Assembly: GCA_963664195.1 (NCBI GenBank)
Contig: OY760907.1
Span: 2,944,001-3,008,000 of the forward strand
DNA length: 64,000 nucleotides
Source of the DNA: an uncultured candidate division Zixibacteria bacterium
GTDB lineage: Bacteria; Zixibacteria; MSB-5A5; GN15; FEB-12
Direction: 5' to 3'
This document shows positions 29,325 to 39,632 of this stretch, one piece after another (positions within the stretch are counted from its first letter, which is position 1; each line of letters starts with the position of its first letter). The notes under the pieces were generated by a model that saw nothing but the letters and a program-made list of their open reading frames with translations, made no database searches and was not told where the DNA came from. The position numbers and the translations under genes are program-made.

Positions 29325-30719
29325 ATGATGTGTAAGCTCTCGGACAATGCGATCGGAGACATCTTGCGGAGGGGGCGCATATACGAAGTGGGAGGAGCGG
29401 TGAGAGACCGCTTCCTGAAGGCTCAGGGACCCTCCAAGGACCGTGACTACCTCGTGACCGGGATACCTTTCGATGAGCTGACACGCATTCTCAGGAACCA
29501 CGGCCGGGTGGGGCTGGTGGGCCGATCGTTCGGTGTCATCAAGTTCACCCAGTTCAAGGCCAACACACAGTACACGTTCGACATCACATTGCCCCGTCGC
29601 GAGCATTCAACCGGGACCGCGCACCGTGACTTCGAGGTGGACTTCGACCCGAATCTACGGGTTGAGGATGACCTCGTACGCCGCGACTTCACTATCAATG
29701 CCATGGCAATCGCGCTCGATGACGACACGCTGATCGACCCGCTCAGTGGAATGATCGACCTTGATAATCGCCAATTGCGCATGACTTCTAAGGTGTCATT
29801 CCAGGAAGACCCGCTCAGGATGCTGCGTGCGGTGCAGTTCGCCGCCCGTTTTGGTCTGGCTATTGAGCCGGAGACATTCAAAGCGATGCGAGAGCATGCG
29901 GCGCTGATCAATACCGTCTCGGAAGAGCGAATCGCCGAGGAACTGGTCAAGTTGCTCACACGCTCGGAGAAGCCTTCGGACGGCTTCCGCCTCATGCAGA
30001 CTTCCGGACTGCTCAAGTACGTATTGCCGGAACTCGAAGTCTGTGTTGGCGTTGATCAACCGGGTGGTTACCACAAGTATGATGTTTTCGAGCACACGGT
30101 GCATTGCATCGATGCCGTCCCGCCGAAACTGAATCTTCGGCTGGCAGCGCTCTTCCACGATATCAATAAGCCGCAGTCGAAACGTCCCAACGGCGAAGGT
30201 GCGACTTTTTACGGACATGAGTCTTTCGGAGCCAGAACCGCTGAACGTGTAATGACCCGTTTACGTTTCTCGAACGATCTGATCGACGAAGTCCGCACAT
30301 TGGTTGACCGTCACATGTTTACGACTGCCGTTACGGACAAGGGAATGCGCCGGTTGATCAAGCGGGTGGGGCAGGAGTTGATCTTCGATCTGCTTGATCT
30401 TCGCCGGGCCGACGTCATCGCTCAGGCAATGGGTGGCACGACTGAGGACGTCGACGAGTTTGAGGCAAACATCCGGGATGAATTGTTGCGCAAGCCTCCT
30501 TTTGGGTTCTCCGACCTGGCGCTGAACGGCAACGACATTATGACGATGTTCAACCTGAAGCCGTCGCCCACAGTGGGGGACATCCTTTCGTTTCTTATGG
30601 AGGAAGTTCTGGACGAACCTGAGAACAACACGCGCGACACGCTCGAAAGACTTGCAAAAGAATACTATCAAGAACGTTATATACAAAGCGATACTCAAAG
30701 TAGGGAAACGAACAAATGA
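29325..30719 (+). CDS. cca: Class II CCA tRNA nucleotidyltransferase with HD domain
   Basis: VGGAVRD, DRD, RRDFTINAMA, EDPLRMLR, SEERI..E, H...ALFHDINK. Confidence 0.85.
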   Translation: MMCKLSDNAIGDILRRGRIYEVGGAVRDRFLKAQGPSKDRDYLVTGIPFDELTRILRNHGRVGLVGRSFGVIKFTQFKANTQYTFDITLPRREHSTGTAHRDFEVDFDPNLRVEDDLVRRDFTINAMAIALDDDTLIDPLSGMIDLDNRQLRMTSKVSFQEDPLRMLRAVQFAARFGLAIEPETFKAMREHAALINTVSEERIAEELVKLLTRSEKPSDGFRLMQTSGLLKYVLPELEVCVGVDQPGGYHKYDVFEHTVHCIDAVPPKLNLRLAALFHDINKPQSKRPNGEGATFYGHESFGARTAERVMTRLRFSNDLIDEVRTLVDRHMFTTAVTDKGMRRLIKRVGQELIFDLLDLRRADVIAQAMGGTTEDVDEFEANIRDELLRKPPFGFSDLALNGNDIMTMFNLKPSPTVGDILSFLMEEVLDEPENNTRDTLERLAKEYYQERYIQSDTQSRETNK

Positions 30720-31855
30720 AAGTTCATGAGCATCAGGCAAGGCAAATCTTTGCTGATCACGGCATGCCTGTACCCGCCGGTGAAGTGACGACTACGAACC
30801 TCGGAGCCAAAGAAATCGCTGAACGCTTTAACAAACCAGTAATGGTCAAAGCACAGGTGCTTGTCGGCGGACGTGGTAAGGCTGGCGGCGTCAAGTATGC
30901 TGAGAACGCCGAAGCGGCGAAAGTTCTGGCGACCAATATCCTTGGTATGGATATCAAGGGCGAGACGGTTCGCAAAGTACTTATTTCCGAAGCGGTTGAT
31001 ATTCTCTCTGAATCCTATGTCGGGATCATCCTCGACCGCGTGACTCAGCGTCCGGTGATTATGGTCTCCGCGGCTGGCGGTGTGGATATTGAAGAAGTCG
31101 CGGCAAAGACTCCCGAGAAGATTCACAAGCTGGCCGTCGATCCGGTCGAAGGTCTCAAGCTGTACCAGGCCCGCAATCTGGCCTACAAACTGTATCGCGA
31201 CATCGGTCAGGTTCGCCAGGCCGCAAACGTCATTATGAAGCTGTACGATGTCTTTTGGGATGTCGATGCTTCCCTTGTCGAAATCAACCCGTTGATCACG
31301 ACTCCGGCCGGCGAAGTGCTGGCTATTGACGCCAAGCTGAATATCGACGACAACGCCCTGTATCGTCGCAAAGAGATCGCCGCAATGCGCGACGTAGAGG
31401 CAGAGAATCCGGCCGAGGTGAAAGCCCGCGAGGCCGACCTGTCGTTTGTGAAGCTCGACGGCAGTATTGGCTGCTGTGTCAACGGTGCCGGTTTGGCGAT
31501 GGCCACGATGGATCTGGTAAAACGCTATGGCGGCGACCCGGCCAACTTCCTGGATATCGGAGGATCTTCCAATCCGCAGAAAGTAGTAGCGGCCATGGAA
31601 ATCATTCTGTCCGATCCCAATGTCCGGTCAATCCTCATTAACATATTTGGCGGTATCACGCGCTGCGACGATGTTGCCAACGGTATTGTGCTGGCCTTCA
31701 AGCAACTGAATCCGACGGTTCCGGTTGTGGTGAGGCTTACCGGTACAAATGAGAAAGAGGCGCAGAAGATTCTGTCTTCGGTCAATCTCCCTTCGGAAGA
31801 CACACTTGACAAGGTTGTCAAGAAGGCGATTGAGCTGGCAGGAGTTGATGCGTAA
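30716..31855 (+). CDS. sucC: Succinyl-CoA synthetase beta subunit
   Basis: HEHQA, KAQVLVGGRGKAGG, EINPL, NGAGLAMATMD, NIFGGITRCD. Confidence 0.96.
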   Translation: MKVHEHQARQIFADHGMPVPAGEVTTTNLGAKEIAERFNKPVMVKAQVLVGGRGKAGGVKYAENAEAAKVLATNILGMDIKGETVRKVLISEAVDILSESYVGIILDRVTQRPVIMVSAAGGVDIEEVAAKTPEKIHKLAVDPVEGLKLYQARNLAYKLYRDIGQVRQAANVIMKLYDVFWDVDASLVEINPLITTPAGEVLAIDAKLNIDDNALYRRKEIAAMRDVEAENPAEVKAREADLSFVKLDGSIGCCVNGAGLAMATMDLVKRYGGDPANFLDIGGSSNPQKVVAAMEIILSDPNVRSILINIFGGITRCDDVANGIVLAFKQLNPTVPVVVRLTGTNEKEAQKILSSVNLPSEDTLDKVVKKAIELAGVDA

Positions 31856-31882
31856 TCCGGAAACAAAGAGGAAGTAAAGACC

Positions 31883-32836
31883 ATGTCTATATTCATTAAC
31901 AAAAAGACTAAGCTGCTGGTGCAGGGAATCACGGGCCGCGACGGCTCTTTCCATGCCGCACAGATGAAAAAATACGGCACCGACGTTGTGGGCGGTGTCA
32001 CCCCGGGAAAAGGCGGCACCAAAGTGTCCGGTATCCCGGTATTCAACACGGTGGAAGAAGCCGTTGCCAAGACCAAAGCGAACACGTCGGTGATTTACGT
32101 CCCGCCGCCGTTTGCGGTCGACGCGATTTACGAAGCCATCGCTGCCGGTATCAAGCTGGTTGTATGTGTCACTGAAGGCGTTCCGGCCAACGACATGATG
32201 AAGGTCGTGCCGTTCGTGAAAAAGCACGGTGCTCGCCTGATCGGGCCGAACTGTCCGGGGCTGATCTCGACCGAGCAGTCCAAAGTTGGTATTCTGCCGG
32301 GGAACATCGTCAAAAAGGGCGGCGTGGGCGTTGTATCGCGCAGTGGCACGTTGACCTACGAGGCAATCTGGGCGCTGACTCTGGCCGGTATGGGGCAAAC
32401 AACGTGCATCGGTATAGGAGGTGACCAGGTTATCGGCACCAACTTCATCGACGTTCTGGAAGCTTTTGAAGCCGACAAATCCACCAAAGGGATCGTCATG
32501 ATTGGCGAGATCGGTGGCTCCGATGAAGAAGAGGCCGCGAAGTTCATCAAGAAGAAACTTACCAAACCGGTGGTGGCATTCATCGCCGGACAGGCTGCCC
32601 CCCCAGGCAAACGCATGGGCCACGCCGGTGCTATTGTCTCCGGAGGTTCCGGTACGGCCGAGGGTAAGGTCAAGGCTTTGAAGAAGGCTGGTATTCCAGT
32701 GGCGGGGTCGCCGACCGAACTGCCGATTCTCTTGAAAGAACAGATGGAGAAATTCAAGGCCAAAACGGCTGCCAAAAAAGATAAGAAGACGAAATCTACG
32801 ACAAAGAAGTCGAAGTCAGGCAAAAAGACAAAGTAG
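31883..32836 (+). CDS. sucD: Succinyl-CoA synthetase alpha subunit with Lys-rich tail
   Basis: [36 protein letters not shown]. Confidence 0.96.
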   Translation: MSIFINKKTKLLVQGITGRDGSFHAAQMKKYGTDVVGGVTPGKGGTKVSGIPVFNTVEEAVAKTKANTSVIYVPPPFAVDAIYEAIAAGIKLVVCVTEGVPANDMMKVVPFVKKHGARLIGPNCPGLISTEQSKVGILPGNIVKKGGVGVVSRSGTLTYEAIWALTLAGMGQTTCIGIGGDQVIGTNFIDVLEAFEADKSTKGIVMIGEIGGSDEEEAAKFIKKKLTKPVVAFIAGQAAPPGKRMGHAGAIVSGGSGTAEGKVKALKKAGIPVAGSPTELPILLKEQMEKFKAKTAAKKDKKTKSTTKKSKSGKKTK

Positions 32837-32885
32837 CTTCATGAATGATTGCGCAGCCCCGGGGACGGGGCTGCCAGGAGAAGTA

Positions 32886-33149
32886 ATGACTAACGCAGAT
32901 ACAGCCGGCACGACCGGTTCACGACCGGGCCCACAGAGTAAGTACGACTACTCCAAGGGACCGGAACCGCTGGACATAAACCTGAAGTGGTGCAAGGCAT
33001 GCAATCTCTGTATTGCGCTGTGCCCCAAGCAGGTGTTTGAACCCAACCGCGATGGTAAGCCGATTATCGCTCGCGCGGAAAACTGCACACAATGTACCAT
33101 CTGCTGGGTTCATTGCCCTGACCTGGCGATTACCTCCAATTACAAGTGA
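32886..33149 (+). CDS. korD: 2x[4Fe-4S] ferredoxin-like delta subunit of 2-oxoacid:ferredoxin oxidoreductase
   Basis: CKACNLC..C and CTQCTIC..HC; alternative start at 32841. Confidence 0.85.
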   Translation: MTNADTAGTTGSRPGPQSKYDYSKGPEPLDINLKWCKACNLCIALCPKQVFEPNRDGKPIIARAENCTQCTICWVHCPDLAITSNYK

Positions 33150-33163
33150 GGAAGGAACGAACG

Positions 33164-34300
33164 ATGCCACAAAAAGAAAGAGTCCTTGTACTGGGCAACG
33201 AAGCCTGTGTCAAGGGTGCCATCTACGCCGGCATGAAGTTCTATGCCGGATACCCGATCACTCCTTCCACTGAGGTCGCCGAGGGTTGCGCACGAGAGCT
33301 TCCCAGAATCGGCGGCCGGTTCATCCAGATGGAGGACGAGATCGGTTCCATAGCTGCCGTGGTCGGCGCCTCGGTTGCCGGGCTGAAAGCCATGACCGCA
33401 ACGTCGGGTCCGGGTTACTCCCTGATGACTGAAAATATCGGATATGCCTACATGACCGAAACGCCGCTCGTGGTGATCAACGTGCAGCGTGGCGGTCCCT
33501 CGACCGGCTTGCCGACCAAGGTCAGCCAGTCCGACACCATGCAGGCTGCGTGGGGACCGCACGGCGACTACACGGCCATCGCACTCGCGCCGTCGACTAT
33601 CGGCGAGACCGTCTACGAAGTTATCCGGGCGTTTAATCTTGCCGAGCGCTTCCGTACGCCGGTAACGGTTTTGCTCGACGAAGTAATCGGGCACTCCCGA
33701 CAGATCATCGAGCTGCCGGAACCGGGCGAGATTGAAATCTATGATCGCGTGAAACCGACCTGTTCGCTGGAGGAATTCAAGGCCTTTGAAATCACTGAGA
33801 ACCTGGTGTCACCAATGCCGGCTTACGGTGACGGATACCGCTACGTGACGACAGGCTTGACTCACGATGAGTATGGTTTCACCACCAACAAGCCTTCGGA
33901 AATCGCTCCAAAGCTGCATAAACTCAGACACAAGATTATCGATTATAAGGATGAGATTATCAGCATGAGGACAGAGAAGATGGACGACGCCGACGTGGCG
34001 ATCATCTGTTACGGCTCTGTGGCACGTGCTGCCCTGCAGGCTACCGATATTGTCCGCAAGGTTGGTGAAAAGGTCGGAACGGTCCAGTTGAAAACCATCT
34101 GGCCATTCCCGGACGAACAACTCGTAGACATCTGCTCCAAGTGCAAGACGGTGATTGTTGCCGAATTGAATATGGGACAGATCGTCAATGAGGTACGCCG
34201 TATCATGCCGCCGGAAATCAAGGTTGAGCCTCTGCAACGGTATGACGGTGAAATCCTTACTCCCATGGAGCTTGTCAAGAAGCTCGAGGAGGTGCTCTGA
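33164..34300 (+). CDS. korA: 2-oxoglutarate(2-oxoacid):ferredoxin oxidoreductase alpha subunit
   Basis: GYPITPSTE, QMEDEI, TATSGPG, QRGGPSTGLPT. Confidence 0.92.
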   Translation: MPQKERVLVLGNEACVKGAIYAGMKFYAGYPITPSTEVAEGCARELPRIGGRFIQMEDEIGSIAAVVGASVAGLKAMTATSGPGYSLMTENIGYAYMTETPLVVINVQRGGPSTGLPTKVSQSDTMQAAWGPHGDYTAIALAPSTIGETVYEVIRAFNLAERFRTPVTVLLDEVIGHSRQIIELPEPGEIEIYDRVKPTCSLEEFKAFEITENLVSPMPAYGDGYRYVTTGLTHDEYGFTTNKPSEIAPKLHKLRHKIIDYKDEIISMRTEKMDDADVAIICYGSVARAALQATDIVRKVGEKVGTVQLKTIWPFPDEQLVDICSKCKTVIVAELNMGQIVNEVRRIMPPEIKVEPLQRYDGEILTPMELVKKLEEVL

Positions 34301-35154
34301 TGGCTACCGCGACAACAGAAAAACCAACACAGAACTCCAACGTCATTCTTGACTATCTGCGTCCGAAAAAGGGCATGCCGACTGTCTGGTGTGCCGGCTG
34401 CGGTAATGGCATCGTCATGACCGCGATTATCCGAGCCGTTGACAAGCTCGGCCTGGATAAGGACGGGGTCGTTATGGTCTCCGGTATCGGCTGCTCCAGC
34501 CGTATGCCGATCTATCTCGACTTCAACGCTCTCCACACGACTCACGGTCGAGCACTGCCGTTCGCGACCGGTGTGAAGTTTGCGCGCCCTGACCTGAAAG
34601 TGATCGTGATCACCGGCGACGGTGACTCGCTTGCTATCGGCGGCAACCACTTCATCCATGCGTGCCGTCGGAATATCGATATTACGACTATCCTGATTAA
34701 CAACAACATCTACGGCATGACCGGTGGGCAGGGTTCCCCGACGACACCGTCGCACGCCTTCTCCACAACCACGCCGTACGGCAATGCCGAGAAGCATTTC
34801 GAACCGTGCGACCTGGCCCAGGCCGCGGGTGCTTCGTTTGTTGCTCGCTCGACCGTCTACCACGCCGTGCAGCTTGAGAAGCAGATTGAAAAGGCGATTG
34901 CCCACAAGGGTTTCTCGCTGGTTGAAGCGGTCTCCAACTGCCACACGTATTTCGGTCGCCTGAACAGGCAGGGCGATGCTGTGACCATGATCAACATGTT
35001 CAAAGAAAAGTCGATCCCGGTTGCGCAGGCGAAAAAGAAGACCGAGGAAGAGTTGAAGGACAGGATTGTCATCGGTACGCTCTACGAGAGCGATGCAACA
35101 GAGTTCTGCGACGTCTACGATAGCGTTATGGAATCTGCGCATGGAGGTAAATAA
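34300..35154 (+). CDS. korB: 2-oxoglutarate(2-oxoacid):ferredoxin oxidoreductase beta subunit
   Basis: WCAGCG, SGIGCS, HGRA, GDGD TPP motif, NNNIYGMTGGQ. Confidence 0.92.
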   Translation: MATATTEKPTQNSNVILDYLRPKKGMPTVWCAGCGNGIVMTAIIRAVDKLGLDKDGVVMVSGIGCSSRMPIYLDFNALHTTHGRALPFATGVKFARPDLKVIVITGDGDSLAIGGNHFIHACRRNIDITTILINNNIYGMTGGQGSPTTPSHAFSTTTPYGNAEKHFEPCDLAQAAGASFVARSTVYHAVQLEKQIEKAIAHKGFSLVEAVSNCHTYFGRLNRQGDAVTMINMFKEKSIPVAQAKKKTEEELKDRIVIGTLYESDATEFCDVYDSVMESAHGGK

Positions 35155-35156
35155 GC

Positions 35157-35741
35157 ATGGCCAAAGGGTTGCTTGATAAAGTCGAAATCCCGCAGGACCG
35201 GTTTGAGATGCGTTTGTCCGGTTCTGGCGGTCAGGGTATGATTCTCGCCTCGGTGATTATGTCCGAGGCTATCGGAGCCAGTGACAGTCGCAACGTTGTG
35301 CAGTCGCAATCGTACGGTCCGGAAGCCCGCGGCGGCGCCTCCAAGGCCGACGTGGTCATTTCCGAAAACGAGATTTACTATCCCAAGGCCATGCAGCTTG
35401 ACCTGCTGCTGGCCATGACGCAGGAGTCGCTCGACAGCTATTATCCGTTCCTGAAAAAGGGCGGGACGCTGATTGTCGATACTTCGCTGGTTACAGATGT
35501 TCCGACCGACGACTATTTTGGTCTGCCGTTTACGCAGCTTGCCAAGGAAGAAGCCGGTCATGTAATGGTTGCCAACGTTATCGCTCTCTCGGCTATTGCT
35601 GGTCTGACTGGCATGGTTACGCGTGAGAAATTGACTGCAGCCGTGCTCAAGCGTGCGCCGAAGCGGGCCGAGGACAAGAACCTGAAGGGTATCGAAATCG
35701 GTTTCGCAGAGGCTGAGAAACTGAAGAAGGAAAAAGCATAG
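35157..35741 (+). CDS. korC: 2-oxoacid:ferredoxin oxidoreductase gamma subunit
   Basis: SGSGGQG, SYGPEARGG. Confidence 0.9.
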   Translation: MAKGLLDKVEIPQDRFEMRLSGSGGQGMILASVIMSEAIGASDSRNVVQSQSYGPEARGGASKADVVISENEIYYPKAMQLDLLLAMTQESLDSYYPFLKKGGTLIVDTSLVTDVPTDDYFGLPFTQLAKEEAGHVMVANVIALSAIAGLTGMVTREKLTAAVLKRAPKRAEDKNLKGIEIGFAEAEKLKKEKA

Positions 35742-35744
35742 GTT

Positions 35745-36143
35745 ATGGATAGAACGCTGCTGATTGTCAAGCCGGATGCGACTGATCGTAATCTGATCGG
35801 CCATATTGTCAACCGTCTTGAACGTGCCGGTTTCCGAGTTGTGGATATGCGCATGCTGACCCTGACCGGAGAACAGGCTCGGAAATTCTACGCCGTCCAT
35901 GAGGGCAAACCGTTCCTCGACTCCCTGGTCGCGTTTATGACGTCGGGCAGGGTGGTGCCGATGGTGCTGGAAAAGGAAAACGCGGTTGCCGATCTGCGCG
36001 CGCTCATAGGAGCCACAGATCCGACCAAAGCCGCCTGCGGCACAATCAGACAGGAAATCGCGGTGAACCTGGAGAAGAACTCCGTTCATGCCTCTGATTC
36101 AGACGAGAACGCTAAAGTGGAGGTGGCTTTCTTCTTCTCGTAA
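35745..36143 (+). CDS. ndk: Nucleoside diphosphate kinase
   Basis: IVKPD, FYAVHEGKPF, GATDP, GTIR, NSVHASD. Confidence 0.96.
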   Translation: MDRTLLIVKPDATDRNLIGHIVNRLERAGFRVVDMRMLTLTGEQARKFYAVHEGKPFLDSLVAFMTSGRVVPMVLEKENAVADLRALIGATDPTKAACGTIRQEIAVNLEKNSVHASDSDENAKVEVAFFFS

Positions 36144-36170
36144 TCCGCTTGATGCGAGAAGCTGGCTGAT

Positions 36171-37397
36171 ATGGAAATCAGGCTGGCATACGATCACAAG
36201 GGACTCACATTGGACGTACCCGATTCAATGATAACCGACCGGTTCGGCCTTTCAACGGTCGACCGGCCGGTCACCTATACTGAGTTTACGGCTGGGCTGG
36301 CCGCCTCCGGCGGGGAGCGATTCCTCTCCTGCGAGTTGCCGCTGTTTGTCGTCAACGACGGCTTCCGCAATACGCCGACACGGCGTTTGCTGGAGTGGTT
36401 GGATATGTTTGACAATTCAATCCTGGATCGCGCCCGTTTCCTTATTGCTACCGGCGCTCACGGTGGTCCGACCCCGGAACATCTATCGACAATCTTCGGA
36501 TCGTATCTGGATCGTGTTTGCCACCGGGTGAACTGGCATGATGCCAGAGCGCTTGGAGATATGGACAAGATCGGGGTCGACCATTTCGGGGGAGAGGTCT
36601 TTTTGAACCGGCAGGCTCTGAGTGCCGAAAAGCTGTTCGTGATAGGCTCGGTTGAGCCGCACTATTTTGCCGGATTCACAGGGGGGCGTAAGTCGCTCTT
36701 TCCGGGACTGACCGATTTGGCAACCATAGAGCGGAATCATAATCTGGCCAACTCACTTGAGGCCGCGCCCCTCAAACTCAAGGGCAACCCGGTCTCGGAA
36801 CATTTCGATGAATTGCTGGGGCTGTGTGATCTGGATCGCATTTTTACTGCCCAGGTTGTCATGGATGCGGGGGGAAGAATCGAGCGCATCTGTCTCGGTC
36901 GACTTGATCAGGCGTTCGCCGAGGCGACACAAGCGGCCGTGAGCTTGTACTCGCACGAGATCGCGCGGAAGTACGATATCATCGTGGCCGAGATCCGACC
37001 GCCCCTTGATAAGAATCTCTATCAGGCGCAAAAGGCTCTCGAGAATACACAGACGGCTGTAGTCGACGGCGGTACGGTGATTCTGGTGACGCCGTGCAAC
37101 GAGGGTGTCGGTTCGAATCACTTTTTCGATCTGGCCAACTCGTGGGATCGCGAGACAAACCGGCCCGCCGACGGTATCCCCCGATTCGGGTCGCACAAAC
37201 TCTCGCGTGTGAACGCGATGACAAAGCGGATCAATGTTCGGATAGTCTCAAGTCTGCCGGAAGATCATGCCCGGCAGGTTTTTTATGAACCTTTGGATGA
37301 CATCAATGAGTATCTTGCGAAATATGAGAAGGAGACACACGGATTGAGATTGGCGGTCGTACATGACGCCGGTCATACTGTTTTGCACACAACCTAA
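36171..37397 (+). CDS. larA: LarA-family nickel-pincer 2-hydroxyacid racemase/epimerase
   Basis: ND.FR.TP, ATGAH, EPHYFAGFTGGRKS, RNH, NLYQAQK motifs. Confidence 0.85.
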   Translation: MEIRLAYDHKGLTLDVPDSMITDRFGLSTVDRPVTYTEFTAGLAASGGERFLSCELPLFVVNDGFRNTPTRRLLEWLDMFDNSILDRARFLIATGAHGGPTPEHLSTIFGSYLDRVCHRVNWHDARALGDMDKIGVDHFGGEVFLNRQALSAEKLFVIGSVEPHYFAGFTGGRKSLFPGLTDLATIERNHNLANSLEAAPLKLKGNPVSEHFDELLGLCDLDRIFTAQVVMDAGGRIERICLGRLDQAFAEATQAAVSLYSHEIARKYDIIVAEIRPPLDKNLYQAQKALENTQTAVVDGGTVILVTPCNEGVGSNHFFDLANSWDRETNRPADGIPRFGSHKLSRVNAMTKRINVRIVSSLPEDHARQVFYEPLDDINEYLAKYEKETHGLRLAVVHDAGHTVLHTT

Positions 37398-37435
37398 ACT
37401 TCCTAATAATTCTAACTAACCTCCGGGAGGGTTAT

Positions 37436-38365
37436 ATGAACAAGAAGATTGCAGTAATTGGAGCTGGTCACGTTGGAGCAACGACTGCCATGTATTTGGC
37501 AGAGGCCAACCTTGCGGACGTCGTGCTGGTGGACATTATTGAAGGTGTGCCTCAGGGCAAGGCTCTCGACCTGACTCAGGCGGGGCCAGTGCGCGGTTAC
37601 AACGCCATGATCGAAGGATCGAACAAGATGACGGCCATCAAGGGTGCCGACATCGTTATCATGACGGCCGGCCTGCCACGCAAGCCCGGGATGTCACGTG
37701 AAGACCTGTTGAACATGAACGCTGACATCATCGGTTCAGTGGCGAAGAACATCAAGAAGTACGCCCCGAAGAGTACAGTGATCGTAGTATCCAATCCTCT
37801 GGATCTGATGACTTTCCACATGCAGAAAGTCACCGGCTTCCCGAAGAATCGGGTGCTCGGCCAGGCCGGCGTGCTGGATTCAACCCGCATGCGTGCCTTC
37901 ATCGCGATGGAACTCAACGTGGCAATGACCGACGTACAGGCGCTGGTCCTGGGAGGTCACGGTGACACCATGGTCCCGCTGCCGCGTTACACCACCGTAT
38001 CCGGCATCGGCATCAAGGAATTGATCTCAGCCGATCGCATCAAGGCTATCTGCAAGCGTACTGCCGGCGGCGGCGGCGAGATCGTCAAGCTGCTCAAGAC
38101 GGGTTCGGCGTATTATGCGCCGGCGGCGGCCTCGACTCAGATGTGTCGCGCGATTCTCAACGATGAAAAGAAGGTACTCGCTGCATCAGCGTACCTGACC
38201 GGCCAGTACGGTATCAAGGATATTTACATCGGTGTACCGGTTGTTCTCGGTGCGGGTGGTGTAGAGAAGATTCTTGATCTGAAACTGACCAAGGGTGAGA
38301 AGGGTTCTCTCCAGGGTTCAGCCAAGACCTACAAGCAGCACCTGAAGATCATGGGCTACAAATAG
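37436..38365 (+). CDS. mdh: Malate dehydrogenase (LDH-like)
   Basis: [21 protein letters not shown] (Arg specificity), SNPLD, LDSTR, GGHGD. Confidence 0.95.
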   Translation: MNKKIAVIGAGHVGATTAMYLAEANLADVVLVDIIEGVPQGKALDLTQAGPVRGYNAMIEGSNKMTAIKGADIVIMTAGLPRKPGMSREDLLNMNADIIGSVAKNIKKYAPKSTVIVVSNPLDLMTFHMQKVTGFPKNRVLGQAGVLDSTRMRAFIAMELNVAMTDVQALVLGGHGDTMVPLPRYTTVSGIGIKELISADRIKAICKRTAGGGGEIVKLLKTGSAYYAPAAASTQMCRAILNDEKKVLAASAYLTGQYGIKDIYIGVPVVLGAGGVEKILDLKLTKGEKGSLQGSAKTYKQHLKIMGYK

Positions 38366-38375
38366 AGGAGTACGC

Positions 38376-39620
38376 ATGGCATACAAACATATAGTAATTC
38401 CTGCAAAGGGCCAGCCCATCAAGAAGAAGGGCAATAAGCTGTCTATCCCGAATCGTCCGATCATTCCGGTGATCGAGGGCGATGGCATCGGTCGCGACAT
38501 TATGAAAGCTACCCGTCGGGTAGTAGATGCCGCCGTCGAGAAGGCCTACAAGGGAAGAAAGCAGATCGCCTGGATGGATGTCTATGCCGGTGAGAAGGCA
38601 AACGAGTTGTACAAAGAATGGCTGCCGAACGAAACGGTCGACGCCATTAAGAAGTACTACGTTGCCCTCAAAGGTCCGTTGACAACCCCGATTGGCGGGG
38701 GATTCCGTTCGCTGAACGTGTCTCTTCGTCAGATGATGAACCTGTACGCCTGCGTGAGACCTGTTCGCTGGTTCAAAGGAGTAGGCTCGCCGGTGGTTCA
38801 TCCGGAAAGACTCAATGTGATCATTTTCCGCGAGAATACCGAGGACGTCTACGCCGGTATCGAGTGGAAGAAGGGTTCGAAGGAATGTAAGAAGGTCATT
38901 ACCTGGCTGAACAAGAACATGAAAACGAATATCCGTACGGACAGCGGCATAGGTGTCAAACCGATCTCGGTTACCGGCACCAAGCAGTTGGTTCGGAAGG
39001 CTATTCAGTACGCCATCGACCACAAGTTGCCGTCGGTCACGCTGGTGCACAAGGGGAACATCATGAAGTTCACCGAAGGCGCTTTCCGTGACTGGGGGTA
39101 CCAACTGGCCACGACCGAGTTCCGCAACAAGGTCGTGACCGAGGACGAACTCTGGGATAAGTACAAAGGCAAAATGCCAAAGGGCAAGATCCTCATCAAG
39201 GATCGTATTGCCGATTCCATTTTTCAGCAGGTTCTGCTCCGTCCGGACGAGTACTCGGTTCTCGCCACGCCGAATTTGAACGGTGACTATCTTTCTGATG
39301 CCTGTGCGGCTCAGGTGGGTGGTCTCGGAATGGCGGCGGGCGCGAATATCGGGGATTACATCGGTCTCTTCGAGGCTACTCACGGCACCGCGCCGAAGTA
39401 CGCCGATAAGGACGTGATTAACCCCGGTTCGCTGATCCTGTCAGCGGTGATGATGCTCGAATACATGGGCTGGGACAAAGCGGCCGTGATGATCGACAAA
39501 GCGATTGGGAAGACTATCGCGCAGAAGACTGTAACGTACGACCTGCATCGTCAGATGAAGGGTGCGAAAAAGGTCAAGACTTCTCAGTACGCGACGAACA
39601 TCATCAAGAACCTGCGATAG
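38376..39620 (+). CDS. icd: NADP-dependent isocitrate dehydrogenase
   Basis: [50 protein letters not shown]. Confidence 0.96.
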   Translation: MAYKHIVIPAKGQPIKKKGNKLSIPNRPIIPVIEGDGIGRDIMKATRRVVDAAVEKAYKGRKQIAWMDVYAGEKANELYKEWLPNETVDAIKKYYVALKGPLTTPIGGGFRSLNVSLRQMMNLYACVRPVRWFKGVGSPVVHPERLNVIIFRENTEDVYAGIEWKKGSKECKKVITWLNKNMKTNIRTDSGIGVKPISVTGTKQLVRKAIQYAIDHKLPSVTLVHKGNIMKFTEGAFRDWGYQLATTEFRNKVVTEDELWDKYKGKMPKGKILIKDRIADSIFQQVLLRPDEYSVLATPNLNGDYLSDACAAQVGGLGMAAGANIGDYIGLFEATHGTAPKYADKDVINPGSLILSAVMMLEYMGWDKAAVMIDKAIGKTIAQKTVTYDLHRQMKGAKKVKTSQYATNIIKNLR

Positions 39621-39632
39621 GTCCAATAATCT

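Noticed and set aside
37110..37119. GGTTCGAATC resembling a tRNA T-loop
   Set aside because: Inside the larA coding frame; no acceptor or anticodon stems
26834..39383. Long antisense ORFs (26834-27916, 31628-32623, 34009-35142, 35115-36089, 38349-39383)
   Set aside because: Shadows of strongly codon-biased sense genes; no recognisable motifs
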